The translations under genes and the position numbers were made by a program. From NCBI GenBank assembly GCA_016288755.1, contig JAEELE010000074.1:32711-96710 (forward strand): a stretch of DNA of 64,000 nucleotides. Reading direction: 5' to 3'. This stretch comes from Oscillospiraceae bacterium (lineage in GTDB: Bacteria; Bacillota; Clostridia; Oscillospirales; Ruminococcaceae). The number at the start of each line of letters is the position of its first letter. The stretch's first letter is position 1. Below, piece by piece: positions 1 to 8,586 of the stretch. The notes under the pieces are model-generated. The model made no database searches. It worked only from the letters and a program-made list of their open reading frames with translations, and was not told the origin of the DNA.

Positions 1-2002
1 CCGCCGAGCCGCCTGTATAGGAGCCGCCCGCGTGCACGACCTGCCCGTCGAGCGTGACGATGCGGAATTTGTACCGGAACCGCCGTGCGATCGCCGATGC
101 GGCGTCGATATCCTCCGCGACGGCAATGCGCCCGAGCAGGTTTTCGACGATATTGCGGTATTTGTCCTCGTATTTCACCAGATCGCATGCCAGCGCAACG
201 AAGCCGTCGCAGTCATCGAGCCCGGAGACCGTCAGACGGCTCCCCTCGACGGTCGTCAGCGGCAGGAATGTCGCTCTGCCGCCGTGCGTCTCCTTGAGAA
301 AGCGGATCGCGCGCTTGGCTGCGTCCTCATTTTCCACGATGATGTTCTGCAGGGCACCGCCGAGCGCTGTTTCGATCGCCTGCCCGTATGCGGGCTCCAC
401 AATGATCTTCTGCGAGACCGTGCCGTGCACGCCGCCGAGCCGTCCGCCGGAGACCTGCCTGAGCACGCGCTTGACGCCCTCCTGATAGCCCTCCATGTGC
501 TGCTCGAGGTCGCGGTAGATCCGCTGCTGCTGCTGCACCTTTGCGGTCTCTGCGTTGACTGCGTCGAGCTCCTCCTGCGCTTTGCGGTATTTCTGCTCGC
601 GCAGTGCCGCAAGCTGTTTGCAGCCCGAAAGACGGTTCTCCTGCTCGGTCATCTGCTTCCCGAGCGCATCCAGCTGCGACTGCAGCGATTGTTCCTGCCT
701 GCGGTAATCCTTCATGCGCGCCTCGGTGTCGGCGCCCTCTGCCTCGGCTCTGCGCACCGATTCCTCGGTCTCGGCGCGCTCGGACTGCATGCCCTCGATG
801 CGGATCTTCGCCGCACTCTGCTGCAGATAGAGCGTGCGCAGCTCGGAATCCTGCGCGGCACATGCCTCAGACTTTGCCGCGTGCGCGCCCGCGAGCCGCT
901 CCAGCTCAGCGGTCTGCGCGCTGAGCTCCTCGGTCAGCTTTGCCTGCCGCGCCGCGAGCTCCTGAATGTAGGCGTCCTGCTCGGCGAGCTTTTTCTCCCA
1001 TTCGTCGCCCGATTCCGAGAGCTCCGCCTGCTGCGCCTGACAGGCTGCGATCTGGTCATTGCTGTGGCGCATCTCGGTCTCACAGACCGCGATGCGCGCC
1101 GTGACCTCCGCATTCTCCTGCTCGGAGGAAACGATCTTGTTCTGCAGCGTCTCGATATCGACGGTCGCCTGCTGCATGTCGGCATAGGCGAGCTGGAGCT
1201 TTTCCTCCTCGCGCGCGATATCCGCCTGCAGATTGTCGTATTCCGCGGTCAGCCGCAGATATTCGTCCGAGAGCGTCTGGAGCTGGGCGGTCAGCCTGCC
1301 GAGCCGGTGCACCCAGAACGATACCTCGAGTGTCTTGCGCTCGGCTGCGAGCACGAGATATTTCTCCGCCTTTTCCGCCTGCGTTTTCAGCGGACCGAGC
1401 CGCGATTCGAGCTCCTGCGCGATATCGGAGAGCCGCACGAGGTTCTCCTCCGCCGCCTGCAGCTTGCGCTCCGCCTCGGTCTTCTTATAGCGGAACCGGG
1501 AGACGCCTGCCGCCTCCTCGAAGATATCGCGGCGCTCCTTCGATTTTGCGCCGACGATCTCGGCGATTCTGCCCTGCCCGATGATTGCGTAGCCGTCGCG
1601 CCCGAGCCCCGTGTCCATGAACAGCTCGTTAATGTCCTTCAGACGGACATTCTTGCCGTTGATGAGGTATTCGCTGTCGCCGCTGCGGTAGAGCCTGCGC
1701 GTGACCGCGACCTCGGGCTCGTCGTTGTGGAGCGCGCCGTCGGCATTGTCGATCACCAGCGTGACCGCCGCGAAGCCCATCGGCTTGCGCTGCGAGGTGC
1801 CCGAAAAAATGACATCCTCCATGTTTTTGCCGCGGAGCTCCTTGGTCGACTGCTCGCCGAGCACCCAGCGCACTGCGTCGCCGATGTTGCTCTTTCCGCT
1901 GCCGTTCGGTCCGACGACGGCGGTCATGCCCTCGTCAAAGGTCAGGCGGATCCTGTCGGGAAATGATTTGAAGCCCTGCAGCTCCAGTGATTTTAAGTAC
2001 AT
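1..2002 (-). CDS. smc: Chromosome segregation protein SMC, N-terminal ~667 aa (3' end lies beyond left edge)
   Basis: Minus-strand ATG (cat at 2000-2002) reads MYLKSLELQGFKSFPDRIRLTFDEGMTAVVGPNGSGKSN (Walker A), followed by coiled-coil-type sequence. It is absent from the ORF track because no stop lies in the window. The 32..1966 + ORF is its antisense shadow. It sits downstream of rnc, as in other Firmicutes. Confidence 0.9.
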   Translation of the reverse strand, partial: MYLKSLELQGFKSFPDRIRLTFDEGMTAVVGPNGSGKSNIGDAVRWVLGEQSTKELRGKNMEDVIFSGTSQRKPMGFAAVTLVIDNADGALHNDEPEVAVTRRLYRSGDSEYLINGKNVRLKDINELFMDTGLGRDGYAIIGQGRIAEIVGAKSKERRDIFEEAAGVSRFRYKKTEAERKLQAAEENLVRLSDIAQELESRLGPLKTQAEKAEKYLVLAAERKTLEVSFWVHRLGRLTAQLQTLSDEYLRLTAEYDNLQADIAREEEKLQLAYADMQQATVDIETLQNKIVSSEQENAEVTARIAVCETEMRHSNDQIAACQAQQAELSESGDEWEKKLAEQDAYIQELAARQAKLTEELSAQTAELERLAGAHAAKSEACAAQDSELRTLYLQQSAAKIRIEGMQSERAETEESVRRAEAEGADTEARMKDYRRQEQSLQSQLDALGKQMTEQENRLSGCKQLAALREQKYRKAQEELDAVNAETAKVQQQQRIYRDLEQHMEGYQEGVKRVLRQVSGGRLGGVHGTVSQKIIVEPAYGQAIETALGGALQNIIVENEDAAKRAIRFLKETHGGRATFLPLTTVEGSRLTVSGLDDCDGFVALACDLVKYEDKYRNIVENLLGRIAVAEDIDAASAIARRFRYKFRIVTLDGQVVHAGGSYTGGSA

Positions 2003-2018
2003 TCTACTTCTCCAAATA

Positions 2019-2468
2019 TCAGTTCAGCGCCATTTTCAAAAGCGGCACCCATCCGTCCTCGAGCATCTCCTCGCCCGTCAGCGAAAAGCCGTGCCGCTGA
2101 TAGAACGCAATGCCGCGCGTATTGTATTTCAGCGCCCAGAGGTGATCTGCGCCCTGTGCGACCGCATATTCCAGAAGCTGCGCGCCGATGCCTCTGCTCT
2201 GAAATGCCGGCTCGACAAAGAGCTTTTCAAGCAGACTGCCGCGGATGCGCGCAAAGCCTTTGATAATGCCGCCGTCGTCAAAGACAACGGTCTGTGCGAG
2301 TGCTGCGGTTCCCTCTGCGTATTCCGCAGCGGTATCGCGCACGTTGAGTTCATCGTAATAATACGCATCATTTTTGAAAAACGGGTAGAAATTCACGCGG
2401 TAATCCGTCACGAAAATCTCCGCGATGCGAAATGCGTCCGCCGGTCCGGCGGGTCTGATCTGTGCCAT
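2019..2468 (-). CDS. GNAT family N-acetyltransferase
   Basis: 149 aa. Acetyl-CoA binding motif A-like segment VEPAFQSRGIGAQLLEYA. C-terminal YQRHGF is typical of GNAT folds. Confidence 0.8.
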   Translation of the reverse strand: MAQIRPAGPADAFRIAEIFVTDYRVNFYPFFKNDAYYYDELNVRDTAAEYAEGTAALAQTVVFDDGGIIKGFARIRGSLLEKLFVEPAFQSRGIGAQLLEYAVAQGADHLWALKYNTRGIAFYQRHGFSLTGEEMLEDGWVPLLKMALN

Positions 2469-2480
2469 ACAACACCCCGT

Positions 2481-2600
2481 TTCAGCCGTAATTCAGCGCT
2501 TCGCTAAAAAAATAACAGGCGAAAGAACCGGAAGTGACGGAACAACTCCTCACTTCTCACTTCTAACTTCTCACTTGACTTTCTGCGCCCTCCTGCCCGG
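2481..2600. repeat. Dispersed intergenic repeat, copy R1 (half element, pyrimidine-tract orientation)
   Basis: ggaacaactcctcacttctcacttctaacttctcacttgactttct from 2539. The upstream ttcagccgta... and downstream flank align with copy R5 (39521-39598). Confidence 0.8.
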
Positions 2601-2602
2601 GG

Positions 2603-3520
2603 TCAGTCCCAGATGCCGTGGTCGATCAGCAGGATCTCGCTGTGCGTCGTGCAGATCAGGCTGTGATCGCCGCCGTAGCAGCCGCCGAGCTCCACACATA
2701 GCCCGTCCCAGATCACCCTTTTTGCCGCATCGGGAATGACGGTCCCGGAAGGCAGGTCCCAGCCGATCTGCCGCAGCACCGTATTGGCGCAGAGCGGCAT
2801 CACACGCCGGTCGTAAAACTGCACGCACTGCTCATACATGCTGCGCCCGTTTTTCAGCAGGCGCGCCCGCTCAAACGGAAAAATGTCCCAGAAATCCGGG
2901 GCAAGCTCCTCCTCAGCGGCGAGCTTCATCAGCATCGCCTGCACGATGTGCTTTTCCCGCATGCTGCTGCATTTCGGGAACCGGATCAGATAGAGCACAC
3001 AGCCGACCGGCGGCGCGGGAGACAGATCATAGATCTGCAGAAACGCTTCGTTCCATTCAAGCTCTGCGGCGATCCTGCTGAACCGGTCATAATGCCCGAT
3101 CAGCTTCTCCAGCATATTCAGCAGCTGATAGGACAGGCACGGCAGATCGAGCCGCAGCCTCTCGCTGACTGCCCGCTTCAGCTTCGCAGGCGTCGTGCGG
3201 AGATCGGTCGAATAGAAATACCGGCAATAGACCTGCCCGGACGCAAAAAACTGCATCCGCACATCCGGGACCGTCAGCGAAACGCTGTACCTGCCCTGTG
3301 CATCCAGACAGATCAATGCAATGACGGGGGCATCGGAATCGCCCTCATGCACAGACCAGACCGTGCAGCTGTGTGCGGGCAGCGCGTCAGCCAGCGTGCC
3401 GACCCATGCCGAGAGCATCATGCTGCTGTCAGCCGGCAGCGTAAACTGCGTGCCTGCGCTGTCTGCCAGCTCCGAAAAGCTGTCCCGCACGACCGCGATC
3501 CGGCGCCGCTCTGTGATCAT
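2603..3520 (-). CDS. Hypothetical protein, long paralog of the next gene (C-terminal ~180 aa homologous to 3539..4078)
   Basis: 305 aa ORF. It shares motifs with its neighbour: PDFWDIFPFERARLL vs PDFWQIPVHERAQWL, and the C-termini LLIDHGIWD vs MITEYGVWD. No family recognised by eye. Confidence 0.65.
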   Translation of the reverse strand: MITERRRIAVVRDSFSELADSAGTQFTLPADSSMMLSAWVGTLADALPAHSCTVWSVHEGDSDAPVIALICLDAQGRYSVSLTVPDVRMQFFASGQVYCRYFYSTDLRTTPAKLKRAVSERLRLDLPCLSYQLLNMLEKLIGHYDRFSRIAAELEWNEAFLQIYDLSPAPPVGCVLYLIRFPKCSSMREKHIVQAMLMKLAAEEELAPDFWDIFPFERARLLKNGRSMYEQCVQFYDRRVMPLCANTVLRQIGWDLPSGTVIPDAAKRVIWDGLCVELGGCYGGDHSLICTTHSEILLIDHGIWD

Positions 3521-3538
3521 ACCGCAGCTCCTTTCCGC

Positions 3539-4078
3539 TCAGTCCCAGACGCCGTATTCCGTGATCATCAGCGTGTCCGGCGTGAGGGTCAGCACCTTGT
3601 GGTCAACCGGATACCAATCATCCCCGCCGAGATCAATGCGCTCGCCGCTTCTGATCAACTGCAGCACCGGCTCCGGCAGCGGTTTGTTTCCGGAATACGC
3701 TGCGATTTCCTGCAGCAGCGTATCTGCATCCAGCGGCTGCATGCGCAGTGCCGTGAGAAGAAACTCCCTGCGGAACTCCGGGGCACATTCTGTCAGCCAT
3801 TGTGCACGCTCATGCACCGGGATCTGCCAGAAATCCGGCTCCCAGCCCTCGCCGTCTGCATTCCGCATCAGCAGCGCCTGCACAAAGCGCTCCGGGAGAT
3901 GCGCCTGCACATCCCCCGCCGCAAAGCGTACCGCAAATATGTTGCAGCCCTTCGGATAGCGCGAGGACAAGTCACCGTCGTAAATACACGCCGCCTCTGC
4001 CCATTGCAGATTCACAGCGATCTCACAAAAGCGCGGATAGCTGCTGAGCATTTCGCGCAGGGCTGCCGTGTCGGTCAT
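3539..4078 (-). CDS. Hypothetical protein, short paralog of 2603..3520
   Basis: 179 aa ORF. Its start overlaps the rnc stop by 4 nt (operon-like). Homology to the neighbour is described above. Confidence 0.65.
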   Translation of the reverse strand: MTDTAALREMLSSYPRFCEIAVNLQWAEAACIYDGDLSSRYPKGCNIFAVRFAAGDVQAHLPERFVQALLMRNADGEGWEPDFWQIPVHERAQWLTECAPEFRREFLLTALRMQPLDADTLLQEIAAYSGNKPLPEPVLQLIRSGERIDLGGDDWYPVDHKVLTLTPDTLMITEYGVWD

Positions 4079-4764
4079 ACCTGCTCACCCATCAGCGAGA
4101 GCGCCTCCCTTGCGGCTGCCTGCTCCGCGAGCTTTTTGGAGCGCCCCGTGCCCCTGCCGATCACGTTGGAATTGAGCCGCACCTCGACCGTGAAGGTCTT
4201 GTTGTGGTCGGGGCCCTCTTCGCCGACAAGCACATATTCCACATGCTCCTCGGGGTTCTGCTGGATGACCTCCTGCAGCACGGTTTTATAGTCGTGAAAG
4301 GCGTCCGACGGGCGGTCAAACTGCTCGGGCAGAAAGCGCAGGATATGGCGCTCTGCAGGCTCCATGCCGCCGTCGAGAAAGATTGCCGCGATCACCGCTT
4401 CAAAGGCGTCCGAGAGCACGGAGGGGCGCTCTCTGCCGCCCGACTGGTCCTCGCCGTGCCCCAGCAGCAGAAAATCGCCGAGCCCGAGCCGCTTCGCCCA
4501 CTCATAGAGCGATTTTTCGCACACGAGCGACGCACGGATCTTCGTCAGGTCGCCCTCGGGAAGCTTCGTGTGCCGGAACAGATAATTCGAGACAACGATC
4601 GAAAGCACGCTGTCCCCGAGAAATTCAAGGCGCTCATTGCAGCGCAGTGCCCCGCGCTTTTCGTTCGCGTAAGACGAATGGCAGAGTGCCTCCGTGAGCA
4701 GTGCGGCGTCCTTAAAGGTGTAGCCGATGCGCTGCTCGAGCTCTGTCTGCGGTTTTGCTCCCAT
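4075..4764 (-). CDS. rnc: Ribonuclease III
   Basis: 229 aa with the RNase III signature NERLEFLGDSVL and a C-terminal dsRBD (GPDHNKTFTVEV...GRGTGRSKKLAEQAAA). Confidence 0.95.
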   Translation of the reverse strand: MGAKPQTELEQRIGYTFKDAALLTEALCHSSYANEKRGALRCNERLEFLGDSVLSIVVSNYLFRHTKLPEGDLTKIRASLVCEKSLYEWAKRLGLGDFLLLGHGEDQSGGRERPSVLSDAFEAVIAAIFLDGGMEPAERHILRFLPEQFDRPSDAFHDYKTVLQEVIQQNPEEHVEYVLVGEEGPDHNKTFTVEVRLNSNVIGRGTGRSKKLAEQAAAREALSLMGEQV

Positions 4765-4765
4765 G

Positions 4766-5251
4766 TCAGTTGCCTCCCGTTTCCGAATGCATCGCCTGTT
4801 GGATCAGGCGGATTTTTTCACTGTCGTTTTTGTGCTTGGTGTCGCGCCGGTAGCCGTCCTTCGCAGAGGCGGTGTAGACACGCAGATAATCGGCGAGCTC
4901 CAGAAGCAGGTATTCTGCACCCGATTTCTCCAAGCGCGGAATCGCGGCGAGATCGACCCCCGCAAAGCTGTGAAGCTCCTCAAGTCCGGCAAACGCCATA
5001 TGCAGCCCGCAGCGCGAAAAAGCGTGCTCGTGCAGATCGCAGAGCGTGAAGCCCTCCTGCTGCATGAGCGCGATCACAGTCTCCCATTTCCCGCACAGAT
5101 ATTCCCCGGGGATCAGCACGTCGATGTCATCCGCGTGCAGATCGCACCGCAGCCGCTCCGACAGCCCGAGTGAGCCGTAGAGCAGCGGCGTCACGCCGAT
5201 CGCGTTGAAGCGCCGCGCCGCCGCGAGAAATGCTTCAATTTTGGTCCGCAC
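4766..5251 (-). CDS. Nucleotidyltransferase-fold protein (Pol-beta superfamily-like)
   Basis: 161 aa. GS...DxD arrangement: LYGSLGLSERLRCDLHADDIDVLIP. No closer assignment is possible by eye. Confidence 0.5.
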   Translation of the reverse strand: MRTKIEAFLAAARRFNAIGVTPLLYGSLGLSERLRCDLHADDIDVLIPGEYLCGKWETVIALMQQEGFTLCDLHEHAFSRCGLHMAFAGLEELHSFAGVDLAAIPRLEKSGAEYLLLELADYLRVYTASAKDGYRRDTKHKNDSEKIRLIQQAMHSETGGN

Positions 5252-5257
5252 GGCAGA

Positions 5258-5734
5258 TCATACCGTCCGGATGACGGCGTCACGGTCGTTAAAGCGCATG
5301 TGCGTCTCATACCCGCCGATGAAGCCGCGCGCAAATGCCGCCCGGAGTACCTTCTTCACGGTCTCCGCCTCCGACAGCAACGCCTGCGGCAGCGTAACGG
5401 CTCTGACTGTCACGTCCTCGCCCTCGCGGTGCCGGCTCACCTGCACAAATGCGCGGATGACATCATCACCGGCGAGCAGAAAATACTCATGCGGCTCCGG
5501 GTCATATTCGCCTGTGACACCGAATTCGGCGCGTAGCCTTTCGTGCTCCGCCTTTGCCTGTGCGGAATCCTCATACGCCATGCTGAGAAATGTAAAGGCA
5601 CGGTCGTCCGTGGTCAGACCGCGGTGACGCGGGCAGAGATACAGCGGCGTGCCGAAGCTGCTTTTCAGCCCAAGCTGCCCGATCGCGTGATATTCGCTGT
5701 CGGTCAGCTGACGGAATGCTGTGAATTGCTGCAT
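5258..5734 (-). CDS. Hypothetical protein (158 aa)
   Basis: The track ORF 5258..5860 overlaps plsX. The internal ATG at 5734 (MQQFTAFRQL...) starts 1 nt after the plsX stop, so the short form is chosen. Confidence 0.55.
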   Translation of the reverse strand: MQQFTAFRQLTDSEYHAIGQLGLKSSFGTPLYLCPRHRGLTTDDRAFTFLSMAYEDSAQAKAEHERLRAEFGVTGEYDPEPHEYFLLAGDDVIRAFVQVSRHREGEDVTVRAVTLPQALLSEAETVKKVLRAAFARGFIGGYETHMRFNDRDAVIRTV

Positions 5735-5735
5735 G

Positions 5736-6752
5736 TTATTCACCCTCTGTGTCCGTCTTCCGGGCTGCCTTGCGCGCGGCAAGTGCCTCCGTGATCGTCT
5801 CGCAGATTCTGCCGTTGACGCAGTCCTTTGCCTGCCGGAGCGCGTGGAAGAACGCTTCACCGTTCGAGCTGCCGTGCGCCTTGATCACCGGCTGCCGGAT
5901 GCCCAGCAGCACCGCGCCGCCGACCTTCTTGTAATCAAAGCTGTCCTTGAGCGCGTTGATCTTGTCCAGCATGAACAGCGCACCGATCTTGCCCGCGCCC
6001 GAGAACATCTCCTTCATTTTGTTTGCGAAGAATTTGCCGAGCCCTTCATAGAGCTTCAGCACAATATTGCCCGTGAAGCCGTCGGTCACAAGCACATCCG
6101 CAGTGCCGGACGGGATATCCCGCGGCTCAAGATTGCCGATGAAGCTGAGGTCGCTGCCCCTGAGGAGCTGATAGGTCTCCTGCTCGAGCGCGCGCCCCTT
6201 TGTCTCCTCCGCGCCGTTGTTGATGATCGCGACACGCGGCTGACCGATGCCCATGACCTTCTCCATATAGACGCTGCCCATGATGGCGAACTGCTCGAGC
6301 ATTTCGGGGCGGCATTCGAGATTCGCGCCGCCGTCCATCAAAATCGCGTGACCCTTGTCGGTCGGCAGCAGCGGCGCCATCGCCGCACGCTTGATGCCGC
6401 GGATGCGCAGCGGGATCATCGTCGCACCGACCAGCAGTGCGCCGGAATTGCCCGCGGAGACAAATGCGGTCCCGCGGCCGTCTGCGAGCGCCTGCAGCCC
6501 CAGTGCCATAGAGCAGTTTTTCTTCGATTTTACGACCTCCGAGGGCTGATCCTCCATCGAGATCACCTCGTCGGTGTGGAGAATTTCAATGCCGTCGAGC
6601 GCGATGCCGTTCGCCGAAGCGGCTTCCCTGATCTTTGCCTCGTCGCCGCAGAGCAGCACCGTCACGCCGAGCTCCTTCACAGCCCTTGCCGCACCCTCCA
6701 GCGGTGCGAGCGGGGCATTGTCGCCGCCCATTGCATCGAGTATGATTTGCAT
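5736..6752 (-). CDS. plsX: Phosphate acyltransferase PlsX
   Basis: MQIILDAMGGDNAP... N-terminus and the GFTGNIVLK motif. ATG at 6752 is preceded by GGAGGAAATGCC. The longer track ORF (to 6917) overlaps the upstream gene. Confidence 0.92.
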   Translation of the reverse strand: MQIILDAMGGDNAPLAPLEGAARAVKELGVTVLLCGDEAKIREAASANGIALDGIEILHTDEVISMEDQPSEVVKSKKNCSMALGLQALADGRGTAFVSAGNSGALLVGATMIPLRIRGIKRAAMAPLLPTDKGHAILMDGGANLECRPEMLEQFAIMGSVYMEKVMGIGQPRVAIINNGAEETKGRALEQETYQLLRGSDLSFIGNLEPRDIPSGTADVLVTDGFTGNIVLKLYEGLGKFFANKMKEMFSGAGKIGALFMLDKINALKDSFDYKKVGGAVLLGIRQPVIKAHGSSNGEAFFHALRQAKDCVNGRICETITEALAARKAARKTDTEGE

Positions 6753-6778
6753 GGCATTTCCTCCGTTCTGTATGCGGT

Positions 6779-7270
6779 TCAGCGGATCACAACCGCCATG
6801 ATGCCCGCGATCGCCGCCGAGAACAGCGGATAGCCGACCAGCGTCATCAGCCACTTGCCCGCAAGCGTTTTGCCGTAGATATAGGGCATCAGGTCCTCCG
6901 TGCCCGGAATGACCCATGCCTTTGTTTTGCCGACCCAGTAAAAGTCGATGAAGAGCCGGTCAAAGAGCCCCTCGATCAGCCAGATCGCCGCAAGCTGCCA
7001 GAAGCCCTCGAAAAAGCCGCGTGCGCCGTTCAGCCCGTAGACCGCCGCGACCGAAAAAGCGATTCCCGGCAGCAGCACGCAGAGCCTGAACAGATTTGCG
7101 TTGTGTTTGATGCGCGCCTGCGTGGTCAGACCGAGCTTTACCGCCCGCTCCTGCACCTCTTTTTCATAGAGGCAGACAAGCCCCGCAGCACCGTTCGCGA
7201 TGCCGACGGTACACCCGATCAGCAGGAACAGGCAGAGCACAGCGCTCTCCAGCAATACCTGAACGATCAT
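6779..7270 (-). CDS. Hypothetical integral membrane protein
   Basis: 163 aa with about 4 hydrophobic segments. Overlaps the trmFO stop by 4 nt. Confidence 0.6.
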   Translation of the reverse strand: MIVQVLLESAVLCLFLLIGCTVGIANGAAGLVCLYEKEVQERAVKLGLTTQARIKHNANLFRLCVLLPGIAFSVAAVYGLNGARGFFEGFWQLAAIWLIEGLFDRLFIDFYWVGKTKAWVIPGTEDLMPYIYGKTLAGKWLMTLVGYPLFSAAIAGIMAVVIR

Positions 7271-8586
7271 ATTGTCTCCGTTTCTGCGATCGCCGCGTCC
7301 AGCGCCGCGAGCGCTCTGTCCGCATACGCCTGATATTTGCGCTGCTTGCCGTCCCTGCCGCGGAATTTCTCCGTCAGCATCGGCAAGAGCCCCATGTTCG
7401 CGCCCATCGGCTGCAGATTCTCAGTGTAGGGGTCGGTGATGTATGCCGTCAGCGCGCCGAGCATCGTCTCACGCGGGAGGATCAGCGGCTTTTGCCCTCT
7501 GAGCCGCCGCACCAGATTCAGCCCCGCCAGAATACCGCTCCCCGCCGATTCCATATAGCCCTCGACGCCGGTCATCTGTCCGGCGAAGCGGATGCGCGGC
7601 TCTGTACGCAGCGAATAATCGGGGTTAAGCAGGCGCGGAGAATCGAGAAAGCTGTTGCGGTGCATGACGCCGTAGCGGACGAACTCTGCGTTCGTCAGCC
7701 CCGGAATCATCGTAAATACGCGCTTTTGCTCGCCCCATTTCAGGTTTGTCTGGAAGCCGACGAGATTCCACATCGTGCCCTCGCGGTTTTCGCGCCGCAG
7801 CTGCACGACCGCATAGGGGCGTTTTCCGGTGTGCGGGTCGGTCAGCCCGACGGGCTTCATCATGCCGTAGCGGATCGCGTCCTCGCCGCGCCTTGCAAGC
7901 ACCTCGACGGGCATGCAGCCCTCGTAGACGCGCAGCGCCTCCTGCTCAAAACCGTGCAGCGGGGCGGTCTCCGCGTGGATCAGTGCGTCGTAGAACGCGA
8001 GATATTCGTCGCGCTCCATCGGGCAGTTGAGGTAATCCTCGCCGCCCTTGCCGTAGCGCGACGCAAAGAACGCGCGGTCCATGTCGATGCTCTCGCCCGT
8101 GACGATCGGGGCGGCGGCATCGAAGAAATAGAGCGGTTTGCCGGTCAGCGCCGCGATCGGCTCCGCAAGCGCATCGGAGGTCAGCGGACCGGTCGCGATG
8201 ATGACCTCGCCCGCCGGGATCGCCGAGACCTCGCCGGGCTGCACCGTGATATTCGGGTGACTGCACAGCTTCTGCGTCACGAGCGCCGAAAACTGTTCGC
8301 GGTCGACCGCCAGCGCGCCGCCCGCCTCGACCGCACATGCCTCTGCACAGGGTACCAGCAGCGAGCCCAGCCGCCGCATCTCCTCCTTGAGCAGTCCGGC
8401 TGCGGAGTCGATGCGCGACGCCTTGAGCGAATTGGAGCAGACCAGCTCGGCGAAACCGGGATTGTGATGCGCGGGAGAGTATTTCTCCGGCTTCATCTCG
8501 CAGAGCGTGACCGCAAAACCTGCCTCAGCGACTGCCCATGCAGCCTCGCAGCCCGCCATGCCCGCGCCGATGACCGTGATGCTCAC
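7267..8586 (-). CDS. trmFO: Methylenetetrahydrofolate--tRNA-(uracil-5-)-methyltransferase TrmFO
   Basis: 439 aa. N-terminal FAD motif VIGAGMAGCEAAW, then ELVCSNSLK. Follows topA, as in the canonical dprA-topA-trmFO order. Confidence 0.93.
   Translation of the reverse strand: MSITVIGAGMAGCEAAWAVAEAGFAVTLCEMKPEKYSPAHHNPGFAELVCSNSLKASRIDSAAGLLKEEMRRLGSLLVPCAEACAVEAGGALAVDREQFSALVTQKLCSHPNITVQPGEVSAIPAGEVIIATGPLTSDALAEPIAALTGKPLYFFDAAAPIVTGESIDMDRAFFASRYGKGGEDYLNCPMERDEYLAFYDALIHAETAPLHGFEQEALRVYEGCMPVEVLARRGEDAIRYGMMKPVGLTDPHTGKRPYAVVQLRRENREGTMWNLVGFQTNLKWGEQKRVFTMIPGLTNAEFVRYGVMHRNSFLDSPRLLNPDYSLRTEPRIRFAGQMTGVEGYMESAGSGILAGLNLVRRLRGQKPLILPRETMLGALTAYITDPYTENLQPMGANMGLLPMLTEKFRGRDGKQRKYQAYADRALAALDAAIAETETI

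Noticed and set aside
32-1966. 644-aa plus-strand ORF at the left edge
   Set aside because: Its composition is Arg/Leu/Ala/Gly-dominated with no recognisable motif. The opposite strand encodes an unmistakable SMC N-terminus (Walker A), so this is an antisense shadow ORF typical of high-GC DNA.
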